The position numbers were made by a program, and so were the translations under genes. Of a stretch of 64,000 nt of DNA, positions 39,701 through 51,117 are shown piece after piece. The notes under the pieces were generated by a model that was given only the letters and a program-made list of their open reading frames with translations, did not search any database and was not told where the DNA came from. Within the stretch, counting starts at the first letter, position 1; every line of letters begins with the position of its first letter. Source of the DNA: Azolla caroliniana (lineage: Eukaryota; Plantae; Polypodiophyta); NCBI GenBank assembly GCA_043228905.1, contig JBHGNT010000017.1, positions 13,020,001-13,084,000 on the forward strand. Reading direction: 5' to 3'.

Positions 39701-39720
39701 TACAAACAGAGCACAAGTAA
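33776..39720 (+). CDS. WDR26: WD repeat protein 26 homolog (GID7, CTLH E3 complex); exons 33776-34585, 36179-36280, 38461-39087, 39475-39720; ~594 aa
   Basis: LisH ([19 protein letters not shown]), [18 protein letters not shown], and WD40s ([34 protein letters not shown]). All three introns are GT..AG, phase 0, and the frame stays open. Confidence 0.94.
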
Positions 39721-40483
39721 TCCTTATGATGGTGCCTGTCTACAATTAAGCATGCTCATTATTTGTGTTACAGATAGTGAAGAATCACAATGCACAATGT
39801 TTTGCTTAGTGATGAATCACAATGCTTCTATAGCTGCTACATGTATACCTGATTGCTTCAATGTGACATTTAGCCTTTAGTTCGATTTTTGTTTATTCAG
39901 TTTATACTAGGTTTCTGATGCATACCTGTATATATAAGGTCTTTAATTCATTATGTTTCGATGTGAAGTTTGGATAATGAAAAAACTAAACTGAGGTATA
40001 ACACCTCTAAATCAAGTCAGAAGGTTCTCATTCTTAATAAGGACAACACCTCTGAATCAAATCAGAAATACGTCTCATATTGATCTTTCTAGTAAACATA
40101 TGAGTACCTAGCTGCCCAGTGTATAGTAATTCTAACCAGCTGAAAGCACATGATCTGTCAATAAATGCCGAGGTTCTAATTTTAGAATAAGGAATAAAGA
40201 ATTTAAATCGGCATAGTAATGAAAGAATTGAACAATTGCATTTGCCTAATGGTCGCATGGTGAGATATGAGCAAATTTTGACCTCGTGAATAGATAGGAG
40301 GCAAATTTAGGAATGAGTGGAATTCTGACAACAAAAGGAGGGAACAATTGGGTCATAATTTAAATGCTCATGAGCTTGTAAGTTTGACATGACAATGTGG
40401 CATGTAGCTTAAGTGAGGTGATTGTCATATATGTGTATTTACAACCTTGGATTGATAGCATAACATATCGCTAAGGTAAGTTC

Positions 40484-40517
<34 letters not shown>

Positions 40518-43500
40518 CTATAATTATCTTAATGACATCGTATGTAATATGGAGGCGTTGGTGGTGTTTGGTGCTAGGAAATTTCTCACCGTGAGGAGAC
40601 TTTGGTGCTTGAAAGGCCTTAAGGTCTCTAGTGGCCCTTACATTGATGATGACACAACTTGAAAAGTTTAAAGTAGACCAGCTTATGGTGGTCCACGGTG
40701 CAAAAAGACTTTCACCTAATGCATGTGACGAGTGTTATGCCTTAGGCCTAGATGCCCTACCTCCTCCTACTTGAGCCTATTAAGTAATAGGCCCTCGATT
40801 TTATCTTCCCACTATAATAGAAGAATGAATGGTACATGCCTCTCCAATTATGGGTGATGCCCAATCAAGAAGAGCATGACAAGAATGGTCCACCTAAAAG
40901 GCCTTGGGAGACAATGCTATATAAAGGGTTGACTATAAGATAGATTGTTGTCAAAAGTTTTATTTATATATATATATATAATCCGGTCTATGGGCAGAAC
41001 TGAGGAGCTCTAAAACTAGAATTAGTGCAACTCTTTCTTAAAATGTCTCAAAATGTTAGGGTTGATGATCAAGAAGAAGGGAAACCCGTTGTATGCAAAG
41101 CCAACAATAAGACCACATCGATCTTGGAGAATGTAACTCAAGTTGGTAGACTACGAGACGACCCAATTGCTTGCATTATTGCCTGTTGTCATTGGCAATG
41201 TGTCGTAATCCTAACAATGATGAGAAGAGTACATATTTAGTCAAGTGTTGGGATCGGTAGTTACGGTATTTTAGGTAACCTTCATGATTGACCTCTAACA
41301 CTATTGTCTTCGAGCTCCTTAGGTCATTAGCCAAGCATGATGGACAACAGTTTGAGGCTTGCCAATGAAAGAGATGACAATGAAATTCTAGGAAACAACC
41401 ATAAACCATTTTGGCATGAATGGGCAAGCCTCAAGGGATATGATTGAAGTTCGTCTTCTCGAAGTGGTTTTCTTGATATATATGACTCTAGAAAGATGTG
41501 TATTCTTGGACGTTGAGGTAGGAATTTAAAGATGGGTGGTTGAATCACATTTTCATAAAGGGATGAATGTGATTCATACCTAGGAAGGAGGGTTGCACTT
41601 CCAAGGGTCACTATCGAGTTCTCTCTTGGGGGATTGTCTTCCTCTCAATGGGCTAATTGAGGGATACCGTGATGAACCTAGACTTGGGAGGGAGGCGGGG
41701 CGATTCTGTGAGAGAGAAGCTTTAGAAACCCCTCTTGGGTAAGCCCTCATGTAATCCCAGTTTTCGTTTTTAGAATTGATCCTCTATAATGGAGGAAATT
41801 TCTAGTTCAAGGAATCGTCGAGCTTCTTCCTCCCCCCATGTAAACCGCACCATGTGTGTTCTTCAATCGTTTCTCTTTCCACTCTCGCGTGGAGTTCCTT
41901 GAAGACGATTAGCACCCGATCCTTCGTCTTCAACGGTGAGATCCACAGCTTCCGGCTGTGGTCATCTTTGAACGTCACGAAGTACTGCGATCCAGCATGT
42001 GACTTCGTGTCTACTTGACACACATCGGTATGCACCAGCTCCAGTGGTGCATTGCGTCTCATTGGTGGTCTTGACCGAAAGGAGGTTCGGTTTTGCTTGC
42101 CGGTCAGGCAGTCGGTGCACTTCTCAAGTTGCACGTCCTTCACCAGAATGAGGTTGTCTTCGGCAAGTCTCTTCATCCCCTTCTCACTCATGTGACACAG
42201 TTTCTGTGCCACAGCTCACCGACAGTGTCGGATGCTACGTTCACTTCTTCCCGGCATATCCGGGCATGCATCAAGTACAATGTGTTGACCTTCTGGGCTC
42301 GAGCCACTATTAAGCTCCCTTTGCAGAACTTCATGACACCGTTCCGGATGCTACCTGTGTAGCCTTCCTTCATCATCTAGCCAACCGACTGATATCAGGT
42401 TCAGTCGAACCTCCTAACGTGTCAGACATCCTTCAACAACAACTTGCATCCGGTTGATGTCTTCAACAACACATCTCCTATGCCGATAATTCGGCATGTC
42501 CCTTCATTCCCCATCCGGACACAGCCGTGCTCACCGGCTGTGTAGGATGAGAAGCATTTCCGATCCGGGGTAAGGTGGAATGACGCTCCGGAATCGACAA
42601 CCCACATTGTCTCGTCGACGGCAAAGTTCAACTCACTCTCCTCGGTGATGAGCATTAGTTCTTCTTCACTTGCCGTGATCGCCATCGTCTCCTTCCGGTG
42701 TGGGCCTCGCTGATCCGAACCGTTTCGGTCCGGTGATTTCTTCAAATTGGTACTGTCGGTTCCCTTGTCTTTCCAGAAATGCTGACAATTCTTTTGGAAG
42801 TGCCCCGACATCCCGCAATAGAAGCAAGTGGGCCTCCCCTTGACTTTGACCATGTCCCCGACTTTTCCCGGTTCGGGGGACTCCAATTCCTTTGTCTTCC
42901 GCGTTCCGATTCGGTAAGGAGGGCTTTAGCGTCGGAGATCACCTCCTTGTCTTTCCGACACGCCTCCTCATCTAGCAAGCTCGACTTGACTCTTGCTAGG
43001 GATAGTTGATTTCCTTCTGGCCCAACGTTGCCCAACGTGACAACTAACGTCTCCCAGCTATCCGGGAGGGAACCGAACAGGAGTAGAGCAAGTACCTCAT
43101 CGGCAAGAGGTACTTTCAACGAGGTTGCTTGGTGTATTAGCCCCTGGAAGGCATTCATGAGCTCCTCCATATTGGAGCCGTCTTGGTACCGGAGCCTCAC
43201 TAGCTTCTGAAATACCGAAACCCGATTAACGACATTCTTGTGCTGGAACATGATGTCGATCTTCTTCCAGAGTTCATGAGCCATGCTCTCTTCATTGAAG
43301 TTGTTGTACAGGCTCATGTCGATGAAGCATCAGATGTATGTCGTCGTCTTCATGTGCATCACCTCCCATACCGTGGCGTCGATCTTATTCGATCTCTTGT
43401 CTCCGAACTGAACTGGCAACCAAAGATCTTTAACCACCAACATGTCCCTCATCTTCGACTTCCACACTGAGTAGTTGGAGCCGGTGAGCTTGAACATGCC

Positions 43501-44121
43501 GCTGTAAGATTCTTCCATTTCTTGTGTTGTTCGCTTTGATACCAGTTTGAAGAGAAATGCGTGGAATATCGCTCGGCCACAACCGAGTAGTAAAACACTT
43601 CTATAAGAATCAAACACAGAAATGGGAAGTGGAGAGTACACAAGGAAAAATGACACGGGATGTTTACGTGGAAAACCCTAATAGGGAAAAACCACGGGAG
43701 CCCACAGACTCCGAACTATCACTATGAAGAGAAAGGGGTACAATCATAGACTCGGAGGCAATGAACTCGAGCTCTGTTTCTTCGCATAGTGGCGGTTACA
43801 ACAAAGTATCGCTCTGTATCCCTCTCTCTCTCACACACACACACACACTCTCTCTTTCAAAGCTCTCTGTAAGTTCACTCCGGCCATCGTTTTCTACGTT
43901 CTATAGCTCGTTGGAAAGCTCTTTGAGAGAGCTTTCTAAAGAATGTTCATTTACTGAATTCCGTTAGTGTGGCGAGAAGTTATGAGCATTTTCATCCGTA
44001 GCCATCTTTGCCCCACGGTTCCTCAAACTGAAGGTAGATTTTGAAGCCCTAAATCGAGTGAAAGGTACATTCTCTCTCCTTCCCTCTTTGTCTCTCTTTT
44101 CTCGTAGGGTTTGTCCCTACA

Positions 44122-44991
44122 ATGGCAAATACTCATAAAACCGCCGCAAAGTTCGGGGGTATGATTGATAATGAGCCGAGATCACCAACAAATCTTGATT
44201 CTAATGCAATGGACAAAATGCTTATGAGTCACTTGATTTCTCTTCAAGAAACCATAAACAAGCAAGGTGAAGAGATTAGGATGTTAATGAAAGAGAATAC
44301 TAAGCTCCAAAGTGTTGTCATTGAGAATGAAAGTCTTAAACAAGTGGTTGCAAAACTTCAAGAAGAGATTCAAGAATGTAAAAGAGCTTCTTTTGAAACA
44401 AATGAGCGCCTTAACAAGATTGAGTTAAAGGAAGCATTAAAAGAAGAAAAATTGGACACAATGAGGCGGGATGTAAGTGAGATGAAAAATGTATGTACAA
44501 CGAAGTCATGGGCCGATATATGTGGTGGGGATGCGTTATCAAACTCATCTAATATGCATGTGATGCATCAAGAGAAGAATATAGAAAGCATAGATGTCCG
44601 AGAATTGAAAGAACGTGAACGACGATCAAAGAACATTGTCGTCCGTGGGATTAAAGAAGAGAGTATGGAAACACCCGCATCCCTTGGAAAGGCCATTGGT
44701 GATTTTTTTAGCATGCATTATGGGATGTCAGATGTGAATGTATATGGGGCACACCGAGTTGGGAAACATGGTGTTACTCGCTCTGGAGAAAGGCCTATTG
44801 TATGCACAATGACAGATGATACAAAGCAGAGAATCATACTCGAAAATAGTTGGGTATACCTCAAAGGTACACAATGCTTTGTGAGAGAAGATCGTACTAT
44901 CTCACAACAAAATGCTCGTCGTAAAGCATATGAAGAAAGATTGAAAAACAAGGTTAAGGATGTACCTAAAGATGGAAATGTAGGCAAATAG
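44122..44991 (+). CDS. LINE ORF1 (coiled coil plus RRM-like region)
   Basis: Open 289-aa frame with heptad region followed by ERERRSKNIVVRGIKE, HRVG, RPIV and V.ED motifs. Confidence 0.85.
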   Translation: MANTHKTAAKFGGMIDNEPRSPTNLDSNAMDKMLMSHLISLQETINKQGEEIRMLMKENTKLQSVVIENESLKQVVAKLQEEIQECKRASFETNERLNKIELKEALKEEKLDTMRRDVSEMKNVCTTKSWADICGGDALSNSSNMHVMHQEKNIESIDVRELKERERRSKNIVVRGIKEESMETPASLGKAIGDFFSMHYGMSDVNVYGAHRVGKHGVTRSGERPIVCTMTDDTKQRIILENSWVYLKGTQCFVREDRTISQQNARRKAYEERLKNKVKDVPKDGNVGK

Positions 44992-45640
44992 GGACACGTG
45001 ATCTATGAGACTAACCCACGCCTTTTACGACTATGCTTTTGGAATTGCAATGGATACCCATGGAATGCGGGATTTGGCATAGAGGAGTTCACCGATTGAC
45101 TCGGATATCACACTTCTTGTTGAAACATGGGAGCATGATACTCAAAGGATTCAAGGTTTAGGAAACTATAATGTACACTCTTTGATATGGAAGAAAAATC
45201 CAAGACAAAGAAGAGGACAAGGAGGGGTGGCATGTTTGATTAAGAAGGAAATAGAGAAATATGTGTCAATCATAAAAAATGATGAAAATAAATGCTACAT
45301 ATGGCTCAAAATAGAAACACCTAATGATTTGCCCACTTTTGTAGTTGGATGTTACATTCCTCATCAAGATTCTAACTTTTATGCTTGTTTGGATAAAGAT
45401 CAACCGTTTGCCAATCTAGAAGATGATATTGCTTATTTCAAATCCAAAGGGGAAGTTATTGTCTTTGGTGAAATGAATGCTCGTACAAGAAGTTTCCAAC
45501 TTGATTCACAAGAATCTTTCATGCCACATATCTCAAGGATGCAAGAGGATATGCATTTGGACCAATTTGGGAAGTTACTCCTACAAATGTGCAATAGTAC
45601 CGGATTGCTTATTGCAAATGGTATTTCCTTATGGCCCAAC

Positions 45641-45807
45641 TGTCGAATACATGTGTATAATGGACGTATTCACACTATCCCGTTTTGGCCATTTATGTAA
45701 TTAGCATAAAGGGTAGTTGCCCTAAGTCGGTCACTATATATAGTGACCTTGTAACCTTTTTGTAAGGTTGGGTGTTGTATTATTGCTTTGTGAAATAAAG
45801 AGTCTTT

Positions 45808-45844
<37 letters not shown>

Positions 45845-48800
45845 AACGACCTAGAAACTGTCATACGCAGGTATTCAAGCACGAATCGAATGCTACTTGA
45901 TCTTCCGCATTGACGACATTGTCTCCAACATCTGGTATCAGAGCTTGCACAGCATTCGGTCCTTCAATCCGCTGTCGGCCGTCGTCTCAGCCTGCACAAC
46001 ATTCGGTTTCCTGCGTCATTCGAAGAAGAGAGAAGAAGAAGAAAAACGAGGCTTGCATCTCATCGCGTTAGATCATTTTCGCTTGGAGTAAGCCAGCTGG
46101 TTGTACTCTGTTCCTTGTGATCGTAACCGCTCGAGGTGAAATCCCCTTGTGCAACATTGACACGATCGTGCTCCACTCGGTTAAACGGCATCCGAAGAAG
46201 TCAACAAACGCTGCTCGCCGCTCGTTGTAACCACTCGGTGCAGATCGGTCTTAAGACAACAACCCCAAATTCGTGCTTCATCTGGCTGATCGACATTCGG
46301 GAGGATCAGTTGGATCCGTCTCTCTCGTTGCTGCAGTCAACCGAAGCAGAATCGGTCCAGATAATCGGTTTCAATAATCGGTATTCGGCATATATATCCG
46401 AATCGAACCGGGCTCACTCCGACTCGGCAACATTCGGGAAGACCAGTCGGTTCTGTCCCTCAAGTTACCGGAGTCAATTCGAGCAAGTTCAACAATACAT
46501 ATATCCGAAACCGAACCGACTCGGGTTCAAATCCGACTAGAACGATATCGGGTGAGCCAACCGGCTGCACTCCAACAAGGTTCGTAGTCAACTCCGAACC
46601 GAGCTCCGTCAACCGAAACCAAATTCGATGGCATCAACATCCGGCTCGTCAGAAATGAGTCTACGCAAGTTCGATGGATCGAACTTCAACTTCTGGAAGG
46701 AACAAATGCAGGACTATCTCATAGTCAAGGGGCAAATCGATCCCATCGAAAATGAAGAACCTCCAGAAGGATACAAACCAATTGAGTGGCAGAAGCTGGA
46801 CAGAATCGTCCGCGCCACGATTCGGATGCACCTATCGGAATCGGTATACTTTACGGTGCAATCGTGTACGACATCATTCGAACTGTGGAAAACACTGTCG
46901 GACACTTACGAAAAGAAGGTCGCCGCAACGAAGATGTTTCTGATCCGGCGCCTCTACAACTTGCGGATGAAAGAATCCGACTCGGTTCAAGCACACCTCA
47001 ATGAGTACGAAAGCATAAGCTCCCAAATCTCGTCACAGGGGACGGCAATCGAGGATGAACTCAGAGCAATGATACTCATGAGCAGCCTTCCCTCATCATG
47101 GGAAACTTTCGTCACAACCGTGTGCAACGCGTCAACCACGGCTGTTAAATACTCCGAAGTCACGAGCGCAATCCTGACCGAAGCAGCTCGGAGAAAGTCT
47201 TTCGCCAAAGACTCAACAGACGACGCTTACGTAGTACAAGGTTCGACAGACCGATCGAACATACGAGGAAGAGATTCCTCACGACCGCCGAACAATCAGC
47301 GAAGACGGAGCCAGTCACGGGATAACCGAATCTGCAACTATTGCAAGAAACCCGGACACATCAAAGCCGACTGCCGCGCACTCAAGAACAAGAACAACAA
47401 GAAGAGTGGCCGGCATGAGGAGATCAATTACGTCAGCTTCTCAGCTGATGTACTACCGGACGACCCGAATATACTATCAATCGAAAATCCAGTCGGATCA
47501 GAAGTTCTACTCACGACTGAAGAATCGAGCACATGGCTCTTAGATTCGGGCGCGTCATTTCACGTGACTCCTCATCGATCCCAATTTCGGCAATATACGA
47601 TCCGTCACTCCGACTCAGTTCGAGTCGGCAACTCACAACACTGTGACATCATCGGAATCGGCACAGTAGAGCTCAACCTTGCAGGTGGCTCTACACTTGT
47701 ACTCCACAATGTCCGACATGTACCCGAGCTCTCAAGGCCATTGATCTCAGTCGGACAACTAGATGAAGACGGCATTCGTGCCGGTTTTTCTTCGGGAGGG
47801 TGGACACTCCACAGGGGGAACCTCCTGCTTGCTAGAGGACCCAAGATACACTCACTGTATCCGTTACATGTTACGCTCAGAGAGGGTAACCTGTTTTTGG
47901 TGGATATTCCTGTGTCATCACTATGGCACAGAAGATTAGGACACCTCAGCAAGGCCGGCATTACGCATCTATCTAGAGCCGGATACATCCCAAAACTCTC
48001 CTTCTCCGACCATCAATTCTGCGAGCATTGCCAGTATGGCAAACAAGCAGCCGCATCACACCCGACATCAGCACCAAGAGAAACGAGACCTCTTGATTTG
48101 GTCCACTCGGACGTCTGTGGCCCAATGCCGCATCAGTCTCTCGGCGGTGCCTCTTACTTCGTCACTTTTATTGACGATTCGACTCGAAAGGTGTGGGCTT
48201 ATCCGATTCGCACCAAAGATCGGGTCTTCTCGATCTTCACCGATTGGCTCGCTATGGTAGAAAATCAAACCGACCGAAAGCTGAAATGCTTTCGGACAGA
48301 CAATGGGGGAGAGTTCAAATCCGAAGAATTCGTCAAATTCTGCCGACAACGCGGCATCCGACGTGAATTTACGGCACCACACAGCCCGGAGCAAAACGGG
48401 ATTGCCGAACGCATGAATCGCACAATCCAAGAACGGATAGTTTCCATGCTCCAACACTCCGGACTGTCGGATGGCTTCTGGGCAGAGGCTCTACTCACGG
48501 CAGTACACATAATCAATATGTCGCCAAGTAGACCTCTAGGACTTCAAATTCCTCAGGAACGATGGATCGGCAGTAAGCCGAATTACGACAAGCTGAGGAT
48601 CTTTGGATGCGAGGCGTACGCCCTTATTCCGAAAGATGATCGCCGAAAACTTGCACCTCGGTCCAGGAAATGCATTTTCCTTGGATATGGATCCGACGGC
48701 GAAATGGGATACCGACTCTGGGATCCCGAACGCAGACAAATCGTCCGAAGTTCGGACGTTGTGTTCAACGAGTCGGCTATGAATCCATCAGTCGACAAAC

Positions 48801-51117
48801 CGATCGAAGTCCGAAGGGTAACATTTTCCGATGTGCCGACCCTTCAAGAAGGCCCCGCTCTCAACACACGGCCAGCTTCACGGGTAGCTGAACCTTACAC
48901 TACCGACTCGGACAACTCCGACTCGGCACAGCAGAACAATCCGCTTTCGGACCATCCAACCACGATACCCGATGCGACCAGTCCAATCATACCTCGACGA
49001 TCCGAGAGACTGTCGCAACCTCCGGAGAGGTACTCTCCTGGAATTTTCTTCACCGACGCCGGCGAACCGACGTCTTACGAAGAAGCATCGACATCTGTCG
49101 ATTCCGCCACCTGGCATCTGGCGATGGAGTCGGAAATGCACTCCATCCGGGCAAACAAGACTTGGGATCTGGTCGAATTACCTAGGAACCGACGTGCTCT
49201 TCCTTGCAAGTGGGTTTATCGACTAAAAGAGACGTCTGATTCGACCACCCCAAAGTACAAGGCCAGATTAGTTGCGAAGGGCTTCCGACAAGAATATGGC
49301 GTCGACTTCAACGAGATTTTTTCACCAGTGGTGAAAATGACAACCCTTCGTTTTCTACTCGGCGTAGTGGCAGCCGACAACTTGGAGCTGATTCAGCTAG
49401 ATGTCAAAACAGCCTTCCTCCATGGTGATCTCGAGGAGGAAATTTATATGGAGCAGCCAAAAGGCTTCGTGGCACCTGGCCAAGAACATCTAGTCTGCCG
49501 ACTCAGGAAGAGTCTATACGGCCTCAAACAGGCACCGAGACAATGGTACAAGAAGTTCGACGACTTCATCCAATCGATCGGCTTCTCAAAAAGCGATGAG
49601 GACCATTGTCTTTTCACCAACACAGCTCAAGATGGATCACCCATCTTCCTCATCATTTACGTGGACGACATGCTAATTTCTGGACGCCACGCGGGCGAAC
49701 TTGCCGATCTCATTCGGCAACTGCGGTTGAAGTTTGCCATGAAGGACCTCGGTCCGGCACGACACATACTCGGCATGAAGATTAGTCGGCATCGCAATAA
49801 ACGACATCTTTTTCTGTCTCAGACCGACTATATCCGACGTGTCTTAGAACGCTTCAACATGCAATCAACCAAATCTGCTTCAACCCCGCTCCCTATGAAT
49901 CTTCGGCTCTCTCAGCGAGACTGCCCGACATCCGGTCCGGAGGGGGAAGATATGAAGTCGGTACCGTATGCACCGGCAGTCGGCTCCCTTATGTACCTGA
50001 TGGTCGCGACACGGCCTGATATTTCTCACGCCGTAGGAGTCGTTAGCAGATTTATGCACAATCCCGGCCGATCGCATTGGAACGCAGTCAAGCATGTGTT
50101 CAGATATCTGGCTGGCACAAAAGACCACGGCATTCTCTTCGGTCCGAACCGAACCTCAGGCGTAGTCGGTTACACCGACTCGGACTTCGCCGGCTGTATA
50201 GACAGTCGGAAATCAACAACCGGATACTGCTTCAAATTCGGCAATGGAGCAATTTCGTGGAAGTCGAAACTTCAGGAGTGCACAGCGACCTCAACGACCG
50301 AAGCAGAATATGTAGCTGCGTCCGACGCAGCAAAAGAAGCCTTATGGCTTGGTCGGCTGGCGCACACGTTTCGGCAAGTCGACCATGACTCGGCCCCAGT
50401 TGTCTATAGCGACAGTCAAGGTGCTGTTGCCTTGTCGAGAAATCCGGTTCACCACAACGCCTCCAAACATATCGACGTTCGATATCACTTCGTTCGGGAC
50501 TGCGTCATTTCAGGGAAAATCGGTCTAGAGAAAATATCCACAACCGACAATGTTGCAGACGGAATGACCAAGTGTCTTTCGGCAGACCGCTTTCGGTCTC
50601 TTCGGCATCAGATGGGCGTAACGACAAACCAGTCCGGTTAGAGCCGGACACAGCACAGGATAGTTCCGACAACCGACATCAGTTCCTTAATGATCGGCTT
50701 CAACTGTTCCGACCCGACCAGTTCGGTCTTCTGCCTTCGGACCCTGCCGACTCGAACAAAGCTGATATGTCCGAGAACCTAAGTCTATACCTGTAATCTT
50801 AGATAACCCATGTATACGCCCATTACGGGGGAGTGTCGAATACATGTGTATAATGGACGTATTCACACTATCCCGTTTTGGCCATTTATGTAATTAGCAT
50901 AAAGGGTAGTTGCCCTAAGTCGGTCACTATATATAGTGACCTTGTAACCTTTTTGTAAGGTTGGGTGTTGTATTATTGCTTTGTGAAATAAAGAGTCTTT
51001 TGTGTGTGTGTCTCTCTCTCTCTCTCTGTGCAACGACCTAGAAACTGTCATACGCAGGTATTCAAGCACGAATCGAATGCTACTTGATCTTCCGCATTGA
51101 CGACATTGTCTCCAACA
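45641..51117 (+). mobile_element. Copia C: intact, very young Ty1/Copia element
   Basis: LTRs 45641-45930 and 50834-51117 appear identical except for a microsatellite; perfect TSD ccaac; PBS TGGTATCAGAGC 45933-45944; PPT gggggag 50827-50833. Confidence 0.98.
46628..50641 (+). CDS. Copia C gag-pol polyprotein, 1337 aa, uninterrupted
   Basis: CNYCKKPGHIKADC, WLLDSGAS, LVHSDVCGP, RTDNGGEF, SLYGLKQAPRQW, IYVDDML, YTDSD, TEAEY, KHID. Confidence 0.97.
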   Translation: MASTSGSSEMSLRKFDGSNFNFWKEQMQDYLIVKGQIDPIENEEPPEGYKPIEWQKLDRIVRATIRMHLSESVYFTVQSCTTSFELWKTLSDTYEKKVAATKMFLIRRLYNLRMKESDSVQAHLNEYESISSQISSQGTAIEDELRAMILMSSLPSSWETFVTTVCNASTTAVKYSEVTSAILTEAARRKSFAKDSTDDAYVVQGSTDRSNIRGRDSSRPPNNQRRRSQSRDNRICNYCKKPGHIKADCRALKNKNNKKSGRHEEINYVSFSADVLPDDPNILSIENPVGSEVLLTTEESSTWLLDSGASFHVTPHRSQFRQYTIRHSDSVRVGNSQHCDIIGIGTVELNLAGGSTLVLHNVRHVPELSRPLISVGQLDEDGIRAGFSSGGWTLHRGNLLLARGPKIHSLYPLHVTLREGNLFLVDIPVSSLWHRRLGHLSKAGITHLSRAGYIPKLSFSDHQFCEHCQYGKQAAASHPTSAPRETRPLDLVHSDVCGPMPHQSLGGASYFVTFIDDSTRKVWAYPIRTKDRVFSIFTDWLAMVENQTDRKLKCFRTDNGGEFKSEEFVKFCRQRGIRREFTAPHSPEQNGIAERMNRTIQERIVSMLQHSGLSDGFWAEALLTAVHIINMSPSRPLGLQIPQERWIGSKPNYDKLRIFGCEAYALIPKDDRRKLAPRSRKCIFLGYGSDGEMGYRLWDPERRQIVRSSDVVFNESAMNPSVDKPIEVRRVTFSDVPTLQEGPALNTRPASRVAEPYTTDSDNSDSAQQNNPLSDHPTTIPDATSPIIPRRSERLSQPPERYSPGIFFTDAGEPTSYEEASTSVDSATWHLAMESEMHSIRANKTWDLVELPRNRRALPCKWVYRLKETSDSTTPKYKARLVAKGFRQEYGVDFNEIFSPVVKMTTLRFLLGVVAADNLELIQLDVKTAFLHGDLEEEIYMEQPKGFVAPGQEHLVCRLRKSLYGLKQAPRQWYKKFDDFIQSIGFSKSDEDHCLFTNTAQDGSPIFLIIYVDDMLISGRHAGELADLIRQLRLKFAMKDLGPARHILGMKISRHRNKRHLFLSQTDYIRRVLERFNMQSTKSASTPLPMNLRLSQRDCPTSGPEGEDMKSVPYAPAVGSLMYLMVATRPDISHAVGVVSRFMHNPGRSHWNAVKHVFRYLAGTKDHGILFGPNRTSGVVGYTDSDFAGCIDSRKSTTGYCFKFGNGAISWKSKLQECTATSTTEAEYVAASDAAKEALWLGRLAHTFRQVDHDSAPVVYSDSQGAVALSRNPVHHNASKHIDVRYHFVRDCVISGKIGLEKISTTDNVADGMTKCLSADRFRSLRHQMGVTTNQSG

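Noticed and set aside
40520-41865. Degenerate TE-like sequence between WDR26 and Copia G
   Set aside because: No recognisable domain, termini or TSD that I can support.
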